A stretch of 64,000 nucleotides of DNA from Podarcis liolepis. Lineage: Eukaryota. The stretch lies in NCBI GenBank assembly GCA_965112155.1, contig OZ218102.1; one strand, written 5' to 3'. A model generated the notes under the pieces. It was not told the origin of the DNA, searched no databases, and worked only from the letters and a program-made list of their open reading frames with translations. The position numbers and the translations under genes were made by a program. This document shows positions 1 to 12,172 of the stretch, one piece after another (within the stretch, counting starts at the first letter, position 1; each line of letters starts with the position of its first letter).

Positions 1-327
1 GAGGAAAAGGCGGGTTTAGTTGCGCGCCTTTCCCTAGTTGCGAAGTGAGGAGGGTTTGGTTGGTGGAGTCGGATGAGCGGTTCGAAGCGCTTCTTACCCC
101 TCGCTGCTAATAGGAGGAGGGGAGAAATAAAGGCAATATTGGATCAATATGGATTCGCGGCAGGGAGAGCAAAAAAGGAGGGAAATCCTGCTTATCTGCA
201 GTAATATAATAGCCTGGCTATTCTCTTAAGGTAGGAGACCCTGAGCAGCCAGTACAAAGCAAAGCCGGACAAATGGATGAGGTCCCAGGAAGTTTGCTTT
301 TGCAAATTATTAATTATTATTAATTGA

Positions 328-967
328 CCCATCACCTCCTGGCAAATAGAAGGAGAAGAAATGGAGGCAGTGAGAGATTTTACTTTCTTGGGCTTCATGA
401 TCACTGCAGATGGGTGACACCAGCCACGAAATTAAAAGACGCCTGCTTCTTGGGAGAAAAGCAACAAAAAACCTAGACAGCATCTTAAAAAGCAGAGCCA
501 TCACCTTGCCAACAAAGGTCCGTATAGTTAAAGCTATGGTTTTCCCAGTAGTGATGTACGGAAGTGAGAACTGGACCATAAAGAAGGCTGATCTCCGAAG
601 AATCGATCCTTTTGAATTATGGTGCTGGAGGAGACTCTTGAGAGTCCCATGGACTGCAAGAAGATCAAACCTAACCATTCTTAAGGAAATCAGTCCTGAG
701 TGCTCACTGGAAGGACAGATCCTGAAGCTGAGGCTCCAATACTTTGGCCACCTCATGAGAAGAGAAGACTCCCTGGAAAAGACCCTGATGTTGGGAAAGA
801 TGGAGGGCACAAGGAGAAGGGGACGACAGAGGACGAGAGAGTTGGACAGCGTTCTCGAAGCTACCAGCATGCGTTTGACCAAACTGCGGGAGGCAGTGGA
901 AGACAGGAGTGCCTGGCGTGCTCTGGTCCATGGGGTCATGAAGAGTCGGACACGACTAAACAATAAC
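328..967 (+). mobile_element. RTE-BovB LINE, 5'-truncated 3' fragment with 12-bp TSD
   Basis: ORF 410-979 encodes the BovB ORF C-terminus (TKVRIVKAMVFPVVMYGSENW..., ELWCWRRLLRVPWTAR, LQYFGHLMRR); typical 3' end 'aagagtcggacacgactaaacaa'; ATTATTAATTGA duplicated at 316-327 and 968-979. Confidence 0.95.
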
Positions 968-1052
968 ATTATTAATTGAATTTATATTCCACCCTGTACC
1001 CAGAGGTCTCAGGTGGTTTTTAGAAAAGATCATGGTGGTTCAAAGCTATTTG

Positions 1053-1648
1053 CATAAGAATGTAAGAAGAGCCTGCTGAATCAGGCCAGTGGACAATTTA
1101 GTCCAGCAAGCTGTTCTCACAGTGACCAGCCAGATGTCTCTGGGAAACTGGCAAGCAGAACATGAGCACAAGGGCCCACTCTCCCCTCCAGTGGTTTCCT
1201 GTGACTGGTATTGATTGAATTGGCCTAACCAGCTTCTAAAGCCCTGCAAGTTGGTGGCCATCACTGCCTCCTTCTGAGGGAGCAAGTACCATTGTTTGAC
1301 TATGTGGTGTGTGACTAACTACTTTTTAAAAAATCTGTCCTAAATCTTCCAGCATTTCCCTTCATTGGATGTCCATAAGTTCAAGTGTTCTGAGGGAGAG
1401 AAAAAATTCTCCATGCCGTGCAGAATTTTATAAGCTTCTATCATGTCACCACTTGCTCTCCTTTACACTAAAATGTCCCAAATGTTGCAACCTTTCTTTG
1501 CAGTGGAATCACTCTACCCCTTGATCACTTTGGTTGCCACTTTCTAATTTTTTCCAACTCTACAATATCCTTTTTGAGCTGAGGCGACCAGAACTGGGCA
1601 CAGTACTCCAAATATGGCTGCACCATAGATTTGCATAACAGCAGTATT
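1053..1648 (-). mobile_element. CR1 LINE 3' fragment (degenerate)
   Basis: Begins with the reverse-oriented squamate CR1 3' end 'cataagaa..taagaagagcctgctg.atcaggcc..tagtccagca' and continues into ORF2-like 'ggcgaccagaactg..cacagtactccaa'; boundaries approximate. Confidence 0.8.
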
Positions 1649-1815
1649 AATGCTGCCTACACGTGCACTTTCACATTAAACTAGTAGTATTCTTAAATAG
1701 TAGGAAAGGCTTTAATCCCAATTCCACAAGCATGTAACAGGAAGTCTTCATTACTTTAAGATAACTGCATCCAATATATTAAGCTGTTACCGCCTTAGGT
1801 GACACGCTCCTGGTT

Positions 1816-1905
1816 CATAGCTGTCAACTTTTCCTTTTTCTTGCGAAGAATCCTATTCAGAATAAGGGAATTTCCCTTTTTAAAAGGGCAATGTTGACAG
1901 CTATG
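1816..1905. mobile_element. 90-bp hAT-type MITE nested in flanking DNA
   Basis: 13-bp TIRs CATAGCTGTCAAC / GTTGACAGCTATG; perfect 8-bp TSD TCCTGGTT (1808-1815, 1906-1913). Confidence 0.9.
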
Positions 1906-3027
1906 TCCTGGTTTGCGTCTGTGGGAACAAGCTATACCCTTAAGGAAAGAACCATGGGAATACAAGAGAGTTCAACACAGCTATTGAGTCACATCTTACA
2001 TATTTAGAACCTGGCACTTTCAGTAATGTTTTGTTTTGCCAGCACTCTAGTACATGGCTCCAAAAGAACTCGGAGCCTCCTCTAACAGCTTGGATAGCAA
2101 AACCACGCCTACCCTCCACCAGACAACTGTCACTTGCAAGTTTAAAGTGCTACCACTCCTTTTCTCACTCAAAAGGGTGAAGTTAAGAATAAAACTCGAC
2201 ACACTCAGATTTCAAATCAGATCTTTATTTTCATTCAAGCCTCAGCTGACATCTTTAGGCAGAAAAAATACCACATCAGAAGTAGCTAGAAAGTACGCCT
2301 TATTTAACAACTAGAATGACTAAAGATTACACTTCAAGAATTTCAGTGATACAGAGATCCTTTGCTTTAGTCATGCCAATAGTGCCAAGTGAGGAATATA
2401 CAGAGAATGAGATGGCTCAGTTAGTGCCCTCGCTAAGGCATTGTACAGTATAAACTGGTATTTGGTGGAGGGGACTGAAGCACAGACAACATTTATGCCA
2501 CCATAATGGAAGCACCAGGACTGAGCAAATGTTTGATACAAGGAGCGGGATGGGGAAGGAACCTTCACAATGGATCATTTAAACAGCAAAAGAACATTTA
2601 CCAGGAAATACAAAAATACTTAAGAGGGAATGCTTAACACCCTCAGAAGCTGTGGTTTAAAGAAAGCCAAGAGAATGGAGTTCTTGTCTTCTTAAAGGCG
2701 CTACGATTGGCCTGACAGTATGTAAAATAAGTCTCTGAACTTCAGTTTTAAATGTCACTGAAAAGAGAGACAAGTGTGGGCTCAACACATTTGTTCACAA
2801 ATAACTCTTATGAAGCAAGAATAAGAGGCTTGCTGATCTGCACCTTTTGCTCAGCCTGAAGACTTTGCATTATGGTAAGTAAATTCCTTTTTGTATGATG
2901 CATACTTCAAAGCATAGTAACATCTAAACAGTTTCAAACCAGCCTCCATATAATTTTAGCAAAGCAGAAGATTAAATGTTCTTTCACTTAACAGGCATGC
3001 AAATCAAACTACCAAATTACACAAGAG

Positions 3028-4988
3028 TTTATTGTAAGGGATTAAAGGACTATAAATTATTTAATCCGGGACAAGCCTATCATAAACATCTAAGACAGAT
3101 AGGGGCAAAAAAGTTTGGGAAATAACTCCATCAGAATATTTTACCAAGGGGTAATTTTTTAGTATTCATGTCAAAATGTGGTGAATAGTTTTGCTTTTCA
3201 AGCTATGGCATCCCCTTTTTCAAGTACATTGAAGCAATCATATACTAAATTGAAACACTTATTGGCTATTTGTAGAAATTGTTTTTTTCACAGCAAGCAA
3301 AGTCACTTACAGAATGCAATGAATTTTTTTCAGTGCTTATTTCAGAAAGCTTCCATCTTACGATTGTACAGATTGAGGTAAACAACTGAAGCCTAGAGGA
3401 CCATTACGATAAGTAGAGACTTATTTCCTAGGCTGTCAGAACTATCCAAGAGTTTCAAGATTAAAATGCTGCACAGGTTTTTTTTTATTTTATTTAAGTC
3501 CAGTAATACAAAAAATAGTCACTGGGATGCTTGTCACATTTCTACCTATTCCAGTTGTGAGCTTTTTGTTTAATTGTTCCTTGGTGTAGCCAAACACTAG
3601 GACTCTATTCCCTTCTCTGAAAGGGGTCAAATGGTGGCAAAACCTCCTAGTCAAGTAAGTTGTGTTTAGTTAGAATTGCTACAGCCACAAAATAAATGCA
3701 TTCAATAAGCATTTACTACCTCAGAAGCAACATACTTTTTTAAAAATTAAAGCACTCTTATTTGTAAAGTCCCTAAGGCTGTTTTTCTCCTTACATGCAA
3801 GGTGAAGTATACATATAATGGTTTAGAGGCATCAGCTTAGTGTGTGGAAGTATAACATCAATATATCGTTATACACGTGAGGGAGAGAAGAAGCATAAGT
3901 GACATTTCAACATTAGTTGTTATCAATTTAAGCAAGATTTGGAGATCAGAGAGAAGTTTTTGTAGTGGGTACAAGATCCAAGAACTTAGATCATATACAC
4001 AACACAATGAATTTGCATGTAAAGTTATGCAACAGCTACCATAATATCAGTTCACAGCAATTTCAAACACACAGGCCAATTCCTCCCAATAGCAATTCAC
4101 ACATTTAACAATAACTTGATCTTTTCAGAGCAAGCACATGTAAAGGATGTGCAAGAGTTAAAGAACAGCCAAGACAAGTAGTAAAAAACACATTTTATTT
4201 ATATGGAAAAGCTTCAAGTCAATTTTGTTAAAAGGTCAGAGATTATACTGCCCTTATGGGATAAAAAAGTCAGCTGTGAATAGAACAAAATTAGTTACAT
4301 TTCTTTCTACAGAGTAGTGCAATTAGTTCACATTGCAATAAAATTAAGTATGCAACAGAATCAAAACCAAGTGTTTCTCCATAATCAGTATACTGAGAAT
4401 TAGAGTGCAAAGTTTGTTTTAAGAAGTTTATCAGTTTATAGAGCATTCCTCTGGGGAGGAATAGTTCACTCATTTAATCGCAGTTGTATTTTTTTTTTCA
4501 ATACTGTGCAGAAAGTCTAAAGTGAGTTGACTTGCATGGTAAATAAAATATAGTCTATACAGTAAAAAAATACAAATTATACAATGAACTAACAAAGAAT
4601 GAAATTCAAACACAGACTTACAGGACTGACATCTCAAAGACACACAGAATATCTCTCATGTAACACCTAGTTTTTCAGCAAAAATAATTTGGTTGCTCTA
4701 CAACTGCATTATGGATCTTGTAGGCTGGAGACAGAGATGTCCACGTATCTTTAAAAAACATAATAAATGTCTTTTGCAAAGCATACAAAAAGGATAAATA
4801 CTCTCATCACAGTCTTCAGGTTAATTTTCGTAGTTATTTCCTTGTTCCAGAAACACACTTATAATGGGTGAAAATCAAAAAGGGCTTCATGGTACACTGA
4901 AACAGTAAACTGTGCTCCATTTACTTCTAATTTTGAAAAAACCCTAGAATTTACAGTACTCTGGTATATATGAAAAAGTCTTCAAAGT
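3028..4988 (-). other. UBE2D1: UBE2D1 3' UTR (inferred); candidate poly(A) signals at 4194-4199 and 3028-3033
   Basis: AT-rich, repeat-free sequence after the stop codon; AATAAA on the minus strand at both sites, the distal one followed by GU-rich sequence. Confidence 0.55.
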
Positions 4989-5034
4989 TTACATTGCATA
5001 TTTCTGTGTCCATTCTCTTGCATGTCTGTTGTAT
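4989..5034 (-). CDS. UBE2D1: UBE2D1 coding exon 7 (K|YNRHAREWTQKYAM*)
   Basis: ttacag acceptor, 46 nt, ends in TAA; matches the UBE2D1 C-terminus. Confidence 0.97.
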
Positions 5035-5454
5035 CTGTAAAAGAAAATCAAAGTGAAAACACACAAGCTTAGGATTCACAGTGTTGCCAACAAATTTATT
5101 CAAGGGGTTATTTAACAATCTTATTCGGTTATATGTTACTTATGTTTGCTTAGAAAACAAAGTATAGATTCAAAACACACTTGGGCAACTTGAGCAGTGA
5201 TAAGTAGCAAGCACCCATGCTCACACTTGGGGAAAAGAGCAGGTGCTGAGCAGAAAGCAAAACAGTCCACGGAGGATGCAAAGTCTTAATGTTAACACCT
5301 AAGAGTAGCAGATGGTTTTGGTGCATTTTAATGGTTCCGCATTTTATAGATACAGTATTTCAAAGTGTGTTGGTTACTGTTATGTCTTATTTATTATTTT
5401 CTATTTTGTGTTATAATATTATTATTATTTCATTCTGAAGTCTTAATATAATAT

Positions 5455-5763
5455 CATCATCATCAATCTTTATTACGGTCCAGAGACCCAACAAAACATT
5501 ACAAATTAATACAGAGTTCATACTACCTCCAGGTTAATCAAGCACTTTGTTTGGAATATAGGGCTCGTTTGTTCTTGCAACCACCGATAAAAACTTTGCC
5601 ACTGCCAACGTTCTAGCTTTTGTCCGGTCTTCCAGTAGGAACCTGACATAGTGAGCCTCTGACTTTCCCGGGAAAGGCACCAGCAAGGGTAGTATCAGTT
5701 CAGCCCTGGCTTGCTCATACTTCGCACAATGTAACGAAATATGATCTATGGAATTGATGTCTT
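5455..5763 (-). mobile_element. non-LTR retrotransposon 3' fragment, probably RTE-X clade
   Basis: Minus frame reads DINSIDHISLHCAKYEQARAELILPLLVPFPGKSEAHYVRFLLED...AVAKFL (end of a zinc-knuckle-type C-terminus), then 'gaccgtaataaag' and a (GAT)n tail; TTAATATAATAT flanks both ends (5443-5454, 5764-5775). Confidence 0.7.
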
Positions 5764-7206
5764 TTAATATAATATAATAATAATAATAATATTATATCAT
5801 TCTGAAGCCTTTGGAAGGAAGGGTGATTTGGAAATGCAGCCAATAATTAATGATTTTCCAAGGCAAGAGAACCCCATGATGCACACCTATTGCTTCCATT
5901 GTATAATATCATGGCTGTCTGCACACAATCAGTGTGTACATTTGCATCCTTCCTGGTTCGTCAGAGCTTAGGATACAAGCCGAATAGAGAGTTTGCTAGC
6001 TCAGCTGAAAAGCTGTGTACAGATAAAGTCACGGGCTGAACATGGTGATGTGGGATGTTATCCATTGATAGTGGAATTTAATGGGTATGACTAATTTAGA
6101 TTTATTAATTTCATTGGGTCTACTCTGAGTTGGATTTAGTTGACTACAAGACATGAATTGTAACTGATGGACAGTAACCTGATAATGGGCAGCATCCCTA
6201 TGCAAGATACAGACAGGGGTGCACAGAGATTACAACAAGGGATAATTCCGAAGTACAGACTTTGGAGTAGCAATCTGTAACCTTTACAATGCCTTCATAT
6301 TGCTACACCTCAACATCTTTCCCCCTTTCTCAATCTTACAATTTAAGAGACAGAAGTTTACAAACTGAATTACAACAAATATTATCTAACACGTGGCAGG
6401 ATTGTTGCCATCATCCTGAATCAAACGTGTAAACGAATTAGCCTAGTTACCTTCATTAGGCTGAGTATGATACTTACAGCCAGTCGAACAAGCACCTACA
6501 ATAACAACCATCTCAATCTGCTCACAAACTAGGATGCCACACAGGTAAAGACAGTGAACCTCTTAGCTAGTCTAAATTAGCTTAAAGTCTAGCTCAAAGC
6601 AAGGGAAGTATGCTGAACCACAGACTAAAGATGATATGACTGAACACAAGGTCAGTTTGATGACACCCCGAAAAGTTCAACGAGGTTCTCTTCCAAACAT
6701 TTGTAGGGACACAAAGGTGGGTGTCCAGAACTTTGCAAAGCAGTTTGTTATCTAGAAATAGGCTCACACATTAAAGCCAAGCTGGCAGATCAGTGAACTT
6801 TAGGATAAGTAATACATCAGAAAAAAGGAAGGAACAAGGCTGACATGGTATACAAGTTAAATAATTCTACAAACGATAACTGCTACTTCAAACTGAGGAA
6901 TGCAAATTTAAAATTTTCTACTTCTGTCCTTAGTGGCCCAAGTATGCAAGATGTCAAAATGGAACGCTGTAAACATTCTGAAGTAGTACAATTGTTTGTA
7001 AGCTTTCTAAAAAATCCATTTTTATGTTAAAAAAACCTTATGGGTGATATCCAACGTGAGTCCTATTCAAGAGTACACCCGCTGAAATCAACACAGCTCC
7101 TCTGTTGTGTATCACCCTATCACAGTAGTCAAATCGTAAGTGAGGTGAGGGGCTAAGAATATAAAAACTAACTGATTCAGATTTTTAAAAAATATATCCA
7201 TACTTA

Positions 7207-7326
<120 letters not shown>

Positions 7327-7566
7327 TTAAAGAGTGTTTATGACATGAATGTGATAGTAAAGGACAAGAGGTAGATGCAAAGTTTTTATCCTTTATAGTA
7401 ATGCAGATTTTCAAACTTTATTGAATGATATGTCTTCCAAATTAGTAGATGATGTACACGATCACACAGCCAACGCATCTGGGTATAAGATCCTGTGGAA
7501 AACTTTGAAGATCAAACACCTCTGTCTAGATAATGCCTTCCTTTAAACTAGATGCATTTTCAGCTA

Positions 7567-7764
<198 letters not shown>

Positions 7765-8748
7765 TTACAGAGTTCTAATCACACACACTGTCCTTTTCTT
7801 ACTCTTTATTTTATTTCTCCATCTGACATCTCTAAAAGCCGAATACCTTGGCTTGATAACAAGTAGTGATACGTTCTGTTACACAATCTGTTACGAATGC
7901 ACAAGGAGTATTAACTATAGCTGTTCCCTGGGTAAGATGATATAAAAAGTGCCTTATGGGCTATGTAGAACATGACGATCCAATTCATCTAGCAGCACCT
8001 AAATGCAAGCTCCACAGAAAACATACGACCACTTAAGCAGATTTAAGCAGTAATTCCTATTTTAACTTTATATATGCAATTCTAGCAAAGTTAAGACTAT
8101 CAAAAATTAAGATTAGCAATGGGATAGTGCAAAGATGCATTAAAGCAATTTGCTTATTAAAGGAGTTACAGACCAATAGTTTTAAAAAATGCGTTTGAGG
8201 AAAATGGGGTTTGTTGGAAACGTACCAAGGTCAATAATGTCAGAGAAGCTCTGCGCAGAGACCAATAGGTTTATTAAATTTATACATCACTTCCAACTAA
8301 AAAAGCCCCGAAGTGATTTACATCCAAATTAAAATAAAATAGTAAAATCACGAGCATGGTTAGAAATGTGTTTTAACAGAACAATAGGCTAGATCGGTAT
8401 TCCTCAAAAACCAAGTGTGTGCTTTGTACACTTCACAGAATTTCCTACATCATGGTTATTTTACCTTTTACCTTCCATTGTCAATAAGCTGTGTGTGGAA
8501 AGAGTTCCTGGAATAAATAACTCATTTTAAGAGTTTCACAAGGCTCTCGGCTAGGCCCTCTTTAATTCTCTCTTGCTTCAATAAGTTATCTATGCTATTC
8601 TATACTGATCCTTCCAATGTATTTAGCCTCAAAACAACGAATACATCAAAACAGATGTCAAGCCCTATTCTAAAAAGCGCATGCTACATTTAATTTTCAT
8701 TTATATTTGCACATTACACTTAATTCTGAAAAGCACATATCACATTTA

Positions 8749-8868
<120 letters not shown>

Positions 8869-9309
8869 TCATTCTGCACCAGTGTCTCCCTAGTACACTT
8901 TGCCCAAGTTCAAAGCCTTAGTCCTCCTCTTCATCAACAGACATAATCTGTGGCCGCCACACTCTATGTTACAAGAACCCACACCATGCAGGGCATGATG
9001 CAAAACCTAAAATGTAGTATTAGGTCATCATGGATTTTTTGCAAATTCTGCTAATTTTTTTTTTTTTTAAAGAAAGTGTTTGCAGGCTCAGATCTAGTGT
9101 GTATAGAAGCATAACCCAGAAGAGGTTTCAAAGTATATTCTGCAGAAATCCCCCCTACCTGAGAAAAACAAGTTAAAGAAGTTCAAAAGGCAGAGCATTG
9201 AACACATAGAAACTGGAGAATACCACAATGTGATGCACCTTTGAGGGGCAGATTTAAAGTATCTTTCCCCACTTCCTTTTGATCAGGGGGATGCAGCTCA
9301 AATTACTGA

Positions 9310-9312
<3 letters not shown>

Positions 9313-9345
<33 letters not shown>
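9313..9345. repeat. (GT)n microsatellite
   Basis: About 16 perfect GT units. Confidence 0.95.
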
Positions 9346-9346
<1 letters not shown>

Positions 9347-10925
9347 TGAACTCAATGGCCATATCACTTTTAACCATAGAGAAACGAGTGTATCACTTAA
9401 AAAAACAACTCCTCAGTATGTTCTTTTTAGGCCACTTCCTTCTCTGCACACCTTAGACCACACACAAATTTCTGACTATATGCATCTTTTTAACTTGAGG
9501 TTTTTAAAAGCAAATAGGAATAACAGCCCATTTTATTATGAAGGCACATACCAGAAAGTATATATTAATTAGCAAATTAGGTTTTGAAAACATGCCTATG
9601 TAATTCCTATCCAGATATGGCTCTATTTGTTCGTATTTGACCTATCATGATATCAACACTATTTTTGTTGAAGATAATACAATAAAATGCAAGCTTAATC
9701 AAAATGAACTGTAACAAAGCTGAAACTTGAAAGAGAAAGGTTATAATGATTAGAAATATACTATACTTCTTGCTACAAAGGAATATAGAAAGGGCAAATT
9801 AATTATTTCTATAAGCCATAATTATAAGCCTTGCTATTAAAATATAATATGATACTATGTGATTATGTACCAACTCTATTCTGTATCCTGCTCATTAATT
9901 TTTACCCCCCTAATTGTCTTATATGCATTTTGATTGCAAATGGCTCTGTTGTCAATACAAATACGAGTGGGGCTAGAGGATAATCATTTCTAGCTCTGTG
10001 TGAAAAACTGAGTATTTTTGAAGCAGTCTCATTTATATAGACTTTTGCTTTCAGATTTCTGTATATAACTTGCACTCATGTCATAGATATTTCTCCAAAA
10101 CAGGTGGTGTTCAAAAGTTTGAAATAGGAAAGACCTTTCAATTTTATCAAAAGCTTTTCAGTGTTGAGAAATAACAGAGCTGTTTCTTGCTCAGCAATAG
10201 AAATAAAATCTATAATATGTGGTTATATGTATTCCATAACTAAAATAACCTTTCATCAGTCTGATTTTATAAATTCATTTTTATGCATAATTTCTGCATG
10301 CCTTATGCTTTACTAAAATAACACTTGTCTGAAGGCAGCTGCTGGACTGGGAAAGTAGTACATTTACATAAAACAATGTATGACTTCATAGTATAGGAAT
10401 GTGAATTAGGGAATTCTGAAATAGTGATGACTCTGCCACAGCTGGATATAAACCTAGTAGTAGATTGATCACAAATAAAAACACGAGTGGTCCTTGAACC
10501 CATCTTTGTTAGCTCACTTGTTATTTCACATAGCTCTCCACTACCATTGGTCTCTGCAATCCCATCTGTTGGTCCTATTTATTACAGTCTTTGGACTTAT
10601 CTCTTATATGAAAAACATGACTCAGGCTTTAAAAGCAAACAGTACCTTGGCTCAGAGTTCTTGAATGGCTTGATTCTCCAGCCCAGCTCTGGAGTTTATT
10701 TTTTAATTCCCTATGTTGGCCAACGTGTATAAAGTGTGATAGTGTCTCTCTCGTTGTATATAAAGTACATCTCTGGTTCACAAATAATCAGAGTCTATTT
10801 CCTCCTCACATATGATTCTACGATCTAGAAAACATTGACATCTATTGTCTAGAATACAAAAATCCATTAAAGCTTATTACAGAAGAGGAATCAGAAGATA
10901 AGTTATGTATAAATTGCATACTTAC

Positions 10926-10957
10926 AGGTCCCATAATTGTTGCTTGCCAATGGAACA
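10926..10957 (-). CDS. UBE2D1: UBE2D1 coding exon 3 (LFHWQATIMGP)
   Basis: 32 nt, AG/GT junctions, frame continuous with neighbouring exons. Confidence 0.96.
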
Positions 10958-10989
10958 CTGAAAAACACAAAATATTATTCACCTTATTA

Positions 10990-11112
<123 letters not shown>

Positions 11113-12110
11113 CTACAGGAAACATGAAAACATTTGCAATGTTACTTAAACAAACCCAAGATTAATTATCCAAATGTGGATCCTCTTTAGGTTTGATCAA
11201 GTGCTCCCACAATTTACAACAAAAAGGAAAGAAAAATTTCAATGAAGACAGAGTTTTCCAAATACAATGACAACCAATTCAGCATTAAGCACTACAATTA
11301 AATTAGGCAGCTGATCACCATACTTTACTGCATATAATTTACACTTCATTTCCATTAACATGTTATTCAACAAGAAAGTATGCATTCCACAATATTTTAG
11401 TTCTCAAATGGGAAAAATCTGATGTAGGACATTGGTAAGTGGACTTGAAACTCAAGTTGACCACAATATTGTAGCTTGATCTAGTCTGTGGCTTGCCAAC
11501 AGGAACGCACAATGCATCGTTATTAAAGCATTTTTATTCTGCTATTCAGCCAAAAAGATTCCCAGAATGGCTTGCAATAAATGGTGCCAAATGCGAGACA
11601 GAATGATCAGTCCTCTCCTTCCTCCATGTGCTGTTCTGGGGGTTCCTTCTCTGTGTGTAATGTATCATTCCATTCCAAAGCCCAAACAATAACCTCCATT
11701 TCTTTTCCACAATATGAATTTCCCCTTTCAAACTTCTGCTTAATTACGATTTACCAAATGAAGCTTGAAACACTGTGGTTCAGCTCTCTCCTCACTAACC
11801 ATGTCTGTTGAGGTCTAATGTGGGTGCCCTTTTAACTACCATCAGCACCAGGCACCATGATCAATGATGATGGCAGTTGTTGTCTAGCAACATCTGGAGG
11901 GCACCACACTGATGAGCCCTGGTCTAGCACAAACATGGGGAACCTCAGGCCCAGAGGCCAAATGCAAACCTCCAGGCACTTATATCTGAGCACACACCCA
12001 CTCCTCAGGCCACATCTCTCTCTGGCCCTCCATTGCACCCACAGGTACTTTTCCCTGGTTGGAGTATGTCCTTTAACTGCATCTTGCTAGCCTAGATAAA
12101 GAAGTTTGGG

Positions 12111-12115
<5 letters not shown>

Positions 12116-12151
<36 letters not shown>

Positions 12152-12172
12152 GCTTGCTTGCTTGCTTGCTTG
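12116..12172. repeat. compound (GT)n-(TTGC)n microsatellite
   Basis: GT run followed directly by a TTGC run. Confidence 0.95.

Noticed and set aside
310-969. 219-aa minus-strand ORF
   Set aside because: Antisense shadow of the BovB ORF
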